From the human T2T-CHM13v2.0 reference genome, Homo sapiens, in NCBI RefSeq assembly GCF_009914755.1, contig NC_060947.1: DNA of 64,000 bases, one strand, 5' to 3'. Each line of letters begins with the position of its first letter. The stretch's first letter is position 1. Positions 1 to 14,759 of the stretch are shown here, in pieces. Made by a program: the position numbers and the translations under genes. A model generated the notes under the pieces. The model searched no databases and was not told where the DNA came from. It saw only the letters and a list, made by a program, of their open reading frames with translations.

Positions 1-3000
1 GTGGATAAGCTTTTTGATGTGCTGCTGTATTCGGTTTGCCAGTATTTTGTTGAGGATTTTCCCATTGATTTTCATCAGGGATATTGGCCTACAATTCTCT
101 TTTTTTATTGTGTCTCTGCCAGAATATGGTATCAGGATGATGCTGCCCTCAGAAAATGTGTTAGAGAGAATTACCTCTTTTTCTATTGATTGGAATAGTT
201 TCAGAAGGAATGGTACCAGCCGCTCTTTGTACCTCTGGTGCAATTCGGCTGTGTATCCATCTGGTCCTGGATTTTTTTGCTTGGTAGGCTATTAATTATT
301 TCCTCAATTTCAGAACCTGTTATTGGTCTATTCAAAGATTCAACTTCTTCCTGGTTTAGTCTTGGGAGGGTGTATGTGTCCAGGAATTTATCCATTTCTT
401 CTAGATTTTCTAGTTTATATGCATAGATGTGTTTATACTATTCTCTGATGGTAGCTTGTATTTCTATGGGATCGGTGGTGATATCCCTTTTATCATTTTC
501 TATTGTGTCTGTTTGATTCTTCTCTCTTTTCTTCTTCACTAGTCTGGCTAGCAGTCTATCTATTTTGTTGATCTTTTCAAAAAAACAGCTCCTGGATTCA
601 TGAATTTTTTTAAGAGTTTTTGTCTCTATCTCCTTCAGTTCTGCTCTGATGTTAGTTATTTATTGTCTTCTGCTAGCTTTTGAATTTGTTTGCTCTTGCT
701 TCTCTGGTTCTTTTAATTGTGATGTAATGGTTTCAATTTTAGATCTTTTCTGCTTTTTATTGTGGCCACTAAGTGCTATAAATTTCTCTCTACACACTTC
801 TTTAAATATGTCCCAGAGATTCTGGTACGTTGTGCCTTTGTTCTTATAGGTTTCAAAGAACATCTTTATTTCTGCCTTCATTTCGTTATTTACTCAGTAT
901 TCATTCAGGAGCAGGTTTTTCAGTTTTCATGTAGTTCTGTGGTTTTGAGTGAGTTTCTTAATGCTGAGTTCTAATTTGATTGCACTGTGGTCTGAGAGAC
1001 AGTTTGTTGTGATTTCTGTTCTTTTACATTTGCTGAGGAGTGTTTCACTTCCAATTATTTGGTCAATTTTAGAATATGAGCAAAGTGGTGCTAAGAAGAA
1101 TGTATATTTTATTGATTTGGGGTGGAGAGTTCTGTAGATGTCTATTAGGTAAACTTGGTGCAGAGCTGAGTTCAAGTCCTGGGTATCCTTGTTAATTTTC
1201 TGTCTTGTTGATCTGTCTAATATTGACAGTGGGGTGTTAAAGTCTCCCATTATTATAGTGTGGGAGTCTAAGTCTCTTTGTAGGTATATAAAAACTTGCT
1301 TTATGTGTCTGGGTGCTCCTGTATTGGGTGCATATGTTTAGGATAGTTAGCTTTTCTTGTTGAATTGATCCCTTTACCATTATGTAGTGGCTTTCTTTGT
1401 CTCTTTTGATCTTTGTTGGTTTAAAGTCTGTTTTATCAGAGACCAGGATTGGATTACAACCCCTGCTTTTTTTTTTTTTTTTTTTGCTTTCTATTTGCTT
1501 CGTAGATCTTCCTTCATCCCTTTATTTTGAGCCTATATGTGTCTTTGCATGTGAGGTGGGTCTCTTGAATACAGCACACCAATGGGTCTTGACTCTTTAT
1601 CCAATTTGCCAGTCTGTGTCTTTTAACTGGGGCATTTAGCCCACTTACATTTAAGGTTAATATTGTTATGTGTGAATTTGAGTCTGTCGTTATGTTGCTA
1701 GCTGGTTATTTCACCTGTTAATTGATGCAGTTTCTTCATAGCATCAATGGTCTTTACAATTTGGCATGTTTTTGCAGTGGCTGATACCGGTTGTTCCTTT
1801 CCATGTTTAGTGCTTCCTTCAGGAGCTCTTGTAAGGCAGGTCTGGTGGTGACAAAATCTCTCAGCATTTGCTTGTCTGCAAAGGATTTTATTTCTCCTTC
1901 ATTTATGAAGCTTAGTGTGGCTGGATATGAAATTCTGGGTTGAAAATTCTTTTTTTTTAAAGGATGTTGAATACTGGCCCCCATTCTCTTCTGGCTTGTA
2001 GAGTTTCTGCAGAGAGATCTGCTGTTAGTCTTATGGGGTTCCCTTTGTGGGTGTCCCGACATTTCCCTGTGGCTGCCCTTTATATTTTTTCCTTCATTTT
2101 GACCTTCGTATATCTGACAATTATGTGTCTTGGGTGCACTTCTCAAGGAGTATCTTTGTGGCGTTTTCTGTATTTCTTGAATTTGAATGTTGGCCTGTCT
2201 TGCTAGGTTGGGGACGTTCTCCTGGATAATATCCTGAACAGTGTTTTCCAAGTTAGTTCCATTCTCCCCGTCACTTTCAGGTACACCAATCAAACTTAGA
2301 TTTGGTCTTTTAACATAGTCTCATATTTCTTGGAGGGTTTGTTCATTTCTTTTTACTCTTTTTTCTGTAATCTTGTCTTCTCACTTTATTTCATTAATTT
2401 GATCTTCAATCGCAGATATCCTTTCTTCTGCTTGATCACATTGGTTATTGAAACTTGTGTATGCTTCACGAAGTTCTCGTAGTGTGTGTTTCAGCTCCAT
2501 CAGGTCATTTAAGGTCTTCTCTACACTTGTTATTCTAGTTAGCCATTTGTCTAATCTTTCTTCAAGGTTTTTAGCTTCCTTGCAATGGGTTAGAAAATGC
2601 TCCTTTAACTCGGAGAAGTTTGTTGTTATTGACTTTCTGAAGCCTACTTTTGTCAACTTGTCAAACTCATTCTCCATCCAGTTTTGTTCCCTTGCTGGTG
2701 AGGAGTTGTTTTCTTTTGAAGAAGAAGAGTCATTCTGGTTTTTGGAATTTTCAGCCTTTCTGCTATGGTTTCTGTCCATCTTTGTGGTTTTATCTACCTT
2801 TGGTCTTTGATGTTGGTGACTCACGAATGGGGTTTTGGTGTGGATGTTTTTCTGTTGTTGTTGTTGATGTTGATGTTATTCCTTTCTGTTTGTTAGTTTT
2901 CCTTCTAACAGATAGGCCTCTCTGCTGCAAGTCTGTTGGAGTTTGCTGGAGGTCCACTCCAGACCCTATTTGCCTGAGTATCACCAGGAGAGGCTGCAGA

Positions 3001-3828
3001 ACAGCAAATATTGCTGCCTAATCCTTCCTCTGGTAGCTTTGTACCAGAGGGACACCTGCCTCTATGAGGTGTCTCTCAGCCCCTACTGGGAGGTGTCTCC
3101 CAGTCAGGCTACACTGGGGTCAGGGACCCACTTGAGGAGGCATTCTGTCCATTATCAGGGCTCGAATGCTGTGCTAGGAGAACCACTGCTCTCTTCAGAG
3201 CTGTCAGGCAGGAACGATTATGTCTGCAGAAGCTGTTTACTGCCTTTTGTTCAGATATGCTCTGCCCCCAGAGGTGAAATCTAGAGAGGTAGTAGGCCTT
3301 GCTGAGCTGTAGTGGGCTCCACCCAGTTAGAGCATCCCTGCCACTTTGTTTGCATTGTGAGCATACAACTACCTACTCAAGCCTCAGCAATGGCTGATGT
3401 CCCTCCCCACACCAAGCTCCAGCATCCCAGGTCAATCTCGGACTGCCATGCTAGGAGTGAGCAAGGCTTTGTGAGTGTGAGACCTCCCGAGCCAGGCACA
3501 GCAGGGTATCTCCTGGTCTACCAGTTGCAAAGACCATGGGAAAGCACAGTATTTGGACAGAAGTGTACTGTATCTCCAGGTACAGTCACTCAAGGCTTCA
3601 CTTGGCTTGGAATGGGAAATCCCCTGACCACTTGCACTTCCCTGGTGGGGTGACGTCTTGCCCTGCTTCAGCTCACCCTCTGTGGGCTGCACCCACTGTC
3701 AAACCAGTCCCAATGACATGAACCACGTATCTCAGTTGGAAATGCAGAATTCACCCATTTTCTGCATTGATCTTGCTGGGAGCTGTAGACCAGACCAGTC
3801 CCTATTTGGCCATCTTGGAAGTGACTCC
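1..3828 (-). mobile_element. LINE-1 (L1PA6/7-like), 5' portion: 5'UTR ~2780-3828, ORF1 ~1754-2777, ORF2 from ~1693 running off the left edge; both ORFs disrupted
   Basis: Minus-strand start GGAGTCACTTCCAAGATGGCC at 3828 with YY1 core; ORF1 pieces (ENEFDKL, IGVPESDGENG, RDFVTTRPALQELL); ORF2 endonuclease motifs [17 protein letters not shown]. Confidence 0.95.
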
Positions 3829-3875
3829 AATTATGAGATTTTTTTCATATGTTTGTTGGCTGCATAATTGTCTTC
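3829..3875 (-). mobile_element. Short L1 ORF2 3'-region remnant, probably the continuation of the host L1 whose 5' end is at 9673
   Basis: tttttttcatatgtttgttggctgcataattgtcttc matches the EDIYAANKHMKK-coding region. Confidence 0.75.
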
Positions 3876-5540
3876 ATTTTTATTTCTAAAAAAAAAAAAA
3901 CTAGGATACATGTGCAGAATGTGCAGGTTTGCTACATAGTTATACATGTGCCATGGTGGTTTGCTGCACCTATTGACCCGTCCTCTAAGTTCCCTCCCCT
4001 CAACCCCACCCCCCAACAGGCCCTGGTGTGGGCTGTTACCCTCTCTGTGTCCATGTGTTCTCAATGTTCAACTTCCACTTATGAGTGAGAACATGCTGTG
4101 TTTGGTTTTCTGTTCCTATGTTAGTTTGCTGAGGATGTTGCCTTCCAGCTTCATCCATGTCCCTGCAAAGGACATCATTTCATTCTTTTTTATGCCTGCA
4201 TAGTATTTCATGGTGTATGTATACCACATTCTCTTTATCCAGTCTATCATTGATGAGTATTTGGGTTGGATCCATATCTTTGCTATTGTAAATAGTGCTG
4301 CAAGAAACATTTATGTGCATGTGTCTTTATAGTAGAATTATTTAATTCCTTTGAGTATATACTTATAATGGAATTGCTCAGCCAAATGTATTTCTGATTC
4401 TAGATCCTTGAGGAATCACCACAATGTCTTCCACAATGGTTGAACTAATTTACATCCCCACCAATAGTGTAAAAATGTTCGTATTTCTCCACAGCTTCAC
4501 CAGCATCTATTGTTTCTTGACTTTTTAATAATTGCCATCCTAACTGGCATGAGATGGCATCTCATTGTGGTTTTTTTATTGAGATAATCATTGTGGTTTT
4601 GATTTGCATTTATCTGATGATCAGTGATGTTGAGCTTTTTTTTGTATGTTCATTGGCCACGTAAATGTCTTCTTTAGAGAAACATCTGTTCATATCCTTT
4701 GCCCATTTTTTGATGAGGTTGTTTGTTTTTTTCTTGTAAATATGTTTAAGTTTATTGTCCATTCTGGATATTAGACCTTTGTCAGATTGATAGATTGCAA
4801 AAACTTTCTCCCATTCTGTAGGTTGCCTGTTCACTCTGATGATAGTTTTTGTTTTGTTTTGTTTTACTGTGCAGAAGCCCTTTAGTTTAATTAGATTCTA
4901 TTTGTCAATTTTGGCTTCTGTTGACGTAGCTTTTGGTGTTTTAGTCATAAAGTCTTTGACCATGCCTATGTCCTGACTGGTATTGCCTAGGATTTCTTCT
5001 AGGATTTTTATGGTCCTGGGGTTTACATTTAAGCCTTTGCCCCATCTTGAGTTAATTTTTTATAAGGTGTAAGGAAGGGGTCAAGTTTCAGTTTTCTGCA
5101 TACTGCTAGCCAGTTTTTCCAGCACTATTCATTAAATAGAGAATGATTTCCCCATTGCTTGCTTTTTTCAGGTTTGTCAATAATCAGATGGTTGTAGATA
5201 TGTGGCATTATTTCTGAGGTCTCTGGGATGCAAGGCTGATTCAACATATGCAAATCAGTAAACGTAATCCATCACATAAACAGAACCAGTGACAAAAACC
5301 ACATGATTATCTCAATAGATGCAGAAAAGACCTTAGACAAAATTCAACACCCCTTTATGCTAAAAACTCTCAATAAACTGGGTATTGGTGGAACGTATCT
5401 CAAAATAATAAGAGCTATTTATGACAAACCCACAGCCAATATCCTACTGAATGGACAAAACCTGGAAGCATTTTCTTTGAAAACCGGCACAAGACAAGCA
5501 TGCCCTCTCTCACTACTCCTATTCAATATGGTATTTGAAG
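3876..5540 (-). mobile_element. 5'-inverted L1 (L1PA8/8A-like 3' end): non-inverted part 3876-5223 (-), inverted part 5224-5540 (+)
   Basis: L1 3'UTR at 3876-4070; strand switch at ~5223 with ctg microhomology; plus-strand ORF 5303-5560 encodes RT region MIISIDAEK...LLFN. Confidence 0.9.
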
Positions 5541-5564
5541 TTGTTTGTTCTTTTTTTTAGTTCC

Positions 5565-5873
5565 TTTTTTTTTTTTTTTTTTTTTTTTGAGACAGAGTTT
5601 CACTCTTTTCACCCAGGCTGGAGTGCAATGGTACAATCTCGGCTTACCGCAACCTTCACCTCCTGGTTTCAAGTGATTCTTCTGCCTCATCCTCCTGGGT
5701 AGCTGGGATTACAGGTGTGCACCACCATGCCTGGCTAAGTTTTTTATATTATTAGTTGAGATTGGGTTTCACTATGTTGGCCAGGCTTATCTCTAACTCC
5801 TGACCTCAGGTGATCCACCCACCTTGGCCTCCCAAAGTGCTGGGATTACAGGGGTGAGCCATCTTGCCCGTCC
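5565..5873 (-). mobile_element. Alu (AluSx/Sq-like), full length
   Basis: Poly-T tail, dimeric body, cctcaggtgatcc; short degraded TSD tttagtt. Confidence 0.95.
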
Positions 5874-5901
5874 TATTTAGTTTTTTCAATTGTGATGTTA
5901 G

Positions 5902-6210
<309 letters not shown>

Positions 6211-9200
6211 GATTTGAGATCTTTCCAGCTTCTGATATGGGCATTTATTGCTATAAATTTTACTCTTAACACTGCTTTAGCAGTGTCCCAATGATTCTGG
6301 TATGTTGTCTCTTTGTTCTCACTGATTTCAAATAATTTCTTGATTTCTGCCTTAATTTCGTTATTTACACAGGAGTCATTCAGGAGCAGGTTGTTCAGTT
6401 TCCATATAGTTGTGTAGTTTTGAGTGAGTTTCTTAATTCTGGGTTCTAATTTGATTGCACTGTGGTTGAGGAACTGTTTGTTACGATTTCAGTTCTTTTG
6501 CATTTGCTGAGGAGGGTTTTACCTTCAATTATTTGGTCAATTTAGAATAAGTGCCACATAACACTTAGAAGAATGTATATTCTGTTGATTTGGGATGGAG
6601 AGTTCTGTAGAAGTCTATTAGGTCCTCTTGATCCAGAGCTGAGTTTAAGTTCTGAATATTCTTGTTAATTTTCTGTCCCATTGATCTGTCTAATATTGAC
6701 AGTGGGGTGTTAAAGTCTTCCATTATTATTGTGTGGGTGTCTAATTCTCTTTGTAGTTCTCTAAGAACTACATAAATCTGGGTTCTCCAATGTTGGGTGC
6801 ATATATATTTAGGATTGCTAGCTCTTGTTGCTGTGTTGATCCCTTTACCATTATGTAATTCCCTAGTTTGTCTTTTTTGATCTTTGTTGGTTTAAAGTCT
6901 GTTTCATCAGAGACTAGAATTGCAACCCCTGCTTTTTGCTTTCCATTTGCTTCATAAATGTTCCTCCATCCCTTTATTTTGTGTCTTTGCACGTGTGATG
7001 GGTCTCTTGAATACAGCACACTAATGGGTTTAGATTCTTTATCCAATTTGCCAGTCTGTGCCTTTTAATTGGGAACTTTAGCCTATTTACATTTAAGGTT
7101 AATATTGTTATGTGTGAATTTGATATTGTCATTATGATGTTAGCTGGTTATTTTGCACATTATTTGATGCAGTTTCTTCATAGTGTCATTGGTTTTGATA
7201 TTTTGGTGTGTTTTTGCAGTGGCTGGTACTGGTTTTCTCTTTCTATATTTAGTGCTTCCTTCAGGTGCTGTGGCAGGGCAGACTTGGTGGTAGCAAAATT
7301 TTTTAGCTGTGACTGCAGCCGCCTTTCCTCCCAGGAACTCTGTCCCAGGAAGATTAGCATTTTATCTGTAAGTCCCTGGCTGGGGCTGCTGCATTTCCTA
7401 CAGAGATGCTCTGCCCAGTGAGGAGAAATCTAGAGAAGCTTTTCTGGAAAGGATTTTATTTTTTCTTTGCTTATGAAGCTTAATTTAGCTAAATATGAAA
7501 TTCTGGGTTGAAAATTCTTTTTCTTTAAGAATGTTGAATATTGGTCCCCAACAATCTTCTGGCATTTAGGTTTTCTGCTAAGAGATACACTCTTATTCTG
7601 ATGGACTTTTCTTTGTAGGTGACCCGACCTTTCTCTCTGGCTGCCCTTAACATTTTTTTTCTTCATTTCATCCTTGGAGAATCTGATGATTATGTGTTGT
7701 GGAGTTGATATTCTTGTAGAGTATCTTAGTGGTGTTCTGTGTATTTTGTGAATTTGAATGTTGGTCTGTCTTGCTAGGTTGGGGAAGTTCTCTTGGATAA
7801 TATCCTGAAATGTGTTATCCAACTTGGTTCCATTCTCTCCGTTACTTTAATGTACACCAATCAGTTGTAGGTTTGGTGTTTTCACATAGTCCCATATTTC
7901 TTGGAGGCTTTGTTCATTCCTTTTTTTCTCTAATCTTGTCTGCATGCCTTATTTCAGCAAGGTGGACTCCAATCTCTGATGTTTTTTCTTCCACTTGCTC
8001 TATTTGCCTGTTTATACTTGTGTATGCTGCACAATGTTCTCATGCTGTGTTCTTGAGCTCCATCACGTTATTTATGTTCCCCTCTAAACTGATTATTCTA
8101 ATTAGCAGTTCCTGTAACCTTTTATCAAGGTTCTTAGCTTTCATGCATTGGGTTGGAACATGCTCCTTTAGCTCAGAAGATTTTGCTATTCCCACCTTCT
8201 GAAGCCTGCCTCTGTCAATTCATCAATCTCATTATCCATCCAGTTTTGCGCCCTTGCTGAAGAGGTGTTGTGATCCTTTGGAGGAGAAGAAGCATTCTGA
8301 CTTTCGGAATTTTCAACATTTTTCCTCGTTTTTTTTTTTTTTTTCTCATCTTCTTGGATTCATTTATCTTTGATCTTTGAGCCTTACTAGCTTTGGATGG
8401 GTTTTTCTGGGTAGTCTTTTTGTTGATGTTGCTGTTGCTTTCTGTTTGTTAGTTTTTCTTCTAACAGTCAGACCTCTCTTCTGCACGTCTGCTGCAATTT
8501 GCTGGAGGTTTACTCCAGACCCTTTTCACCTGGGTATCACCAGTGGAGGCTACAGAGCAGCAAAGATTGCTGCCTGCTCCTTCCTCTGGAAGCTTCATCC
8601 TAGAGGGGCACCATCCTGATGCCAGCTGGAGCTCTCCTGTATGAGGTGTCTGTCAACGCCTGTTGAGAGGTCTTTCCAAGTCAGGAGGCATGAGGTTCAG
8701 AAACCCACTTGAGAAGGAGTCTGTCCCTTAATAGAGCTAGTGCACTGTGCTGGGAGAATTCCCCTTTTCAGGATCAGCTGCTCTCTTTAGAGCTGGCAGG
8801 CAGAAAAGATTAAGCTCACTGAATCTGTGACTGCAGCCACCTTTCCTCCAAGGTGTTCTGTCCCAAGAAGATTAGAGTTTTATCTGTAAGCCCCTGGCTG
8901 GTTCTTCTGTATTTCCTGCAGAGATGCCCTGTCCAGTGAGGAGGAATCTAGTGAAGCAGTCTCACCACAGCCGCTTTGCCGTGCTGTGGTGAATTCCACC
9001 CAGTCCAAACCTCCCAGTCTCCTTAGCACCGTCAGGGAAAAACTACTTACTAAAGCCTCAGTAATGACAGTCACCTCTCCCTGCACCAAGCTTCATTGTC
9101 CCAGATCAACTCCAGACTGCTGTGCTGGCAGTGAGAATTTCAAACCAGTGGTTCTTAGCTTGCTGGGTTCTGTGGGAGTGGAATCTGCTGAGCAGGACAG

Positions 9201-9676
9201 CTTGGCTCACTGGCTTCAGCCCGCTTTACAGGGGAGTGGATGGTTCTCTTGTCTCACTGGAGTTCAAGGTGCTGCCAGAGTATAAAAGAACCCTGAAGCT
9301 TGGTGCCTGCCCAAACAGCTGCCCAGTTTTGTGCTTGAGACCCAGGGCCCTAGTGGTGTAGGCTCACAAGGGAATCTGACCTGCAGATTGCAAAAACCAT
9401 GGAGAAAGTGTAGTGCCCGGGATGGGTAGAACAGTCCCTCATCACTTCCTTTGGCTGGGGGAGGGAAGTCCCCTCACTCCATGCCATTACTGGGTGAAGT
9501 GACGCCCCACCCTGCTTCTGCTCACTCTCCATGGGTTGCATCCACTGCCTAACCAGTTCCAATGAGATGAACTGGGTATCTCAGTTGGAAATGCAGAATC
9601 ACCCACTTTCTGCGTTGTTCTCACTGGGAGCTGCAGACCAGAGCTGTTTCTATTTGGCCATCTTGGCCCCTCCACC

Positions 9677-11000
9677 ACGCCTTATCATTATATAGTAATT
9701 TTTTTTGTCTATTCTTACCATTTTTGTCTTGGATTCTACTTTGTCTGATATAAGTATAGCTACTCCTGCTCTTTTTTGGTCTCTATTTCCATGGAATATA
9801 TTTTTACATCCATTTATTTTTAGTCTATGTGTGTCTTTATATGTGAAATGTGTTTCCTGTAGGCAAGGGGTCAGTGGGTCTTGTTTTTTCATCCATTCAG
9901 TCACTATGTCTTTTGATTGTAGAGTTTAGTTCATTTACATTCAAAAATTGTATTGATAAGTAAAGACTTACTCCTGAAAATTTCATGTTTGTTTTTTGTT
10001 GTTGCTGTTGTTTTGTGGTCTTCTCTTCTTTTTTTATTTCCTTCCTGTCTTCTTTTAGGGAAGGTAATTTTCTCTGGGGATGAAATTTAGTTTCTTGGGT
10101 TTTTTATTTTTTGTGGATCTATTCTATATATTTTTTTGTTTTAGGTTCCCATGAGGCTTGCAAATTATAACCCAGTGTTTTTAGCTGAAAACAACTTAAC
10201 ACATTTTACATAAACCAAACAACAAAAAGCAAAAAGAAACTTCCTAATAATGCTACGCCTTAATTTTGTCCTCTTGCTTTTTAACTATTTCTAATTTCTA
10301 CTTATATATTTTTGCCCTGTTGGTATCTTGAAATGTTGTTTTAGTTCTTATTTTTATTAGTTCATTATTTTCTATGTAGAATAACAGTTCTTTGCACACC
10401 ACAGTTTAACACTGTTATAATATTCTGGGTTTTTCTGTGTACTTACTATTACCAGTGAGTTTTCCATGGTTAGGTGATTTCTTATTATTTTTTGGCATAC
10501 TTTTCTTTCAGATCGAACTACTCCCTTTAACATTTTTTGTAGGACAGGTCTGGTGTTGATGAAATGCCTCGGTATTTGTTTGTTGGAAGGAGTCTTTATT
10601 TCTGCTCTGTGTTTGAAGAAAAATTTTGCTGGATGTACTATTCTAGGGTAAAAGATTTTTCTCTTCAGCATTTTAAATATGTAATGCCCATCTCTTCTGG
10701 TCTATAATGTTTCCAGTGAAAAGTCAGCAACCAGACGTTCTGGAGCTTCATTATATCCTATTTGTTTCTTTTGTCTTGCTACTTCCAGGATCTTTTCTTT
10801 ATCCTTAACCTATGGGTGTTTGATTATTAAATTCTCTGAGATAGTATTTTTGGGGGGATTAAATGTGCTTGGTGTTATAGAACCCTGTTGTACTTGGACA
10901 TTGGTATCTTTCTCTGGATTTCGGAAGTTCTCTCTTATTATCCCTTTGAATAACCTTTCTATTCCTATCTTTTTTTTCTATGATTTCTTTAATGTTAATA
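9677..11000 (-). mobile_element. Old L1 (L1M1/L1MA-like): ORF2 start, long inter-ORF spacer, ORF1 C-terminus
   Basis: ORF 9650-9904 (WMKKQDP..LQETHF..GVAILISDK) and ORF 10372-10671 (FYPRIVHPAK..TRPVLQKML), much more diverged than the L1PA copies. Confidence 0.85.
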
Positions 11001-13877
<2,877 letters not shown>

Positions 13878-14111
13878 TTGCATTTTTCAATTTTAGCATC
13901 TGTACTTAATTCTTTTTAATTTGTAAAATCTTTTTGTTAATCTGATAGAATTCTGAATTTCTTTTCTGTATTATCTTGAATTTCTTTGAGTTTCCTCAAT
14001 ACTGCTGTTTTGAATTCTATGTCTGAAAGTTCATATAGGTCTGTCTCCAGGATTGATCCCTGGTGCCTTATTTAGTTCATTGGTGAACTTATGTTTCCTG
14101 GATGGTACTGA
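13878..14111 (-). mobile_element. Continuation of the old L1M1-like element (ORF1 N-terminal region)
   Basis: ttgaatttctttgagtttcctcaa...ggtgccttatttagttcat is L1M1-type sequence; it resumes after the ERV at 33248. Confidence 0.75.
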
Positions 14112-14746
14112 TGAAGCAGCCTCGTTGTCTGGCATGACACCTGAAGTTCATTATCTCATGACCATGAAAATCAAGAATGTGGACATACAAAGAGTGAGGA
14201 TAAGAGCAGAAATTTGATAGGCAAAAAAAAAAAAAAAAAAGATAGTAGCTCTCTGCTACAGAGGGGGATCCCAGAAAAATCTGTTGCCAATCAATAATGA
14301 ATTCAGGCATTTTTATACAAGAGCTAGTGTCTGATCTACATAGGGTATAAGAAACTGGTTAGGACCAGTTGTGCCATCTTCATAGGGTGCAAATCTCTGG
14401 AACCCCCATCCAGATGTTTTATTATGCAGGTCGGTTCTGTCCCTGAGCTTCTCCATGTTGCCTACTTCTTTCTAACTGTACACATGCTAAGAAAAATAGA
14501 AAGATGGAGCTTCCATGGTGAACATATCTGGTCCTCAAGTAGCCATTTTCTATTGGTGCAGCTGCTGGCATTCCCCCATGCAAGCTTCCAGCTTTCTTAT
14601 CTATGTTTGCAGCTCACTCTTTCAGGCTGCTATTTGTTAGAAAATAAAACTATTTCTTGGTTCACTTTTTGGGAGAAAGGAAGCTCTGCCAAGGACTATT
14701 TTCCCTCACTATCTGCCTAAATAATTTCTTTCTATCTTCTATATCA
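14112..14746 (-). repeat. 3' LTR (TG...CA)
   Basis: Minus strand TGATATAGAAGATAGAAAGAAATTATTTAGGCAGATAGTGAGGG...GAGGCTGCTTCA; aligns with 32637-33247. Confidence 0.92.
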
Positions 14747-14759
14747 TTCCCACTCCCCT
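14747..14759 (-). other. Polypurine tract
   Basis: Minus strand AGGGGAGTGGGAA directly abuts the 3' LTR TG. Confidence 0.85.

Noticed and set aside
9650-9904. Chimeric ORF ending RRGGGAKMAK
   Set aside because: Chance read-through from old L1M ORF2 into the 5' end of the inserted L1
14100-14115. ERV target-site duplication
   Set aside because: Flanks (..gtactga / atgctgc..) give no clean 4-6 bp match, so none is claimed
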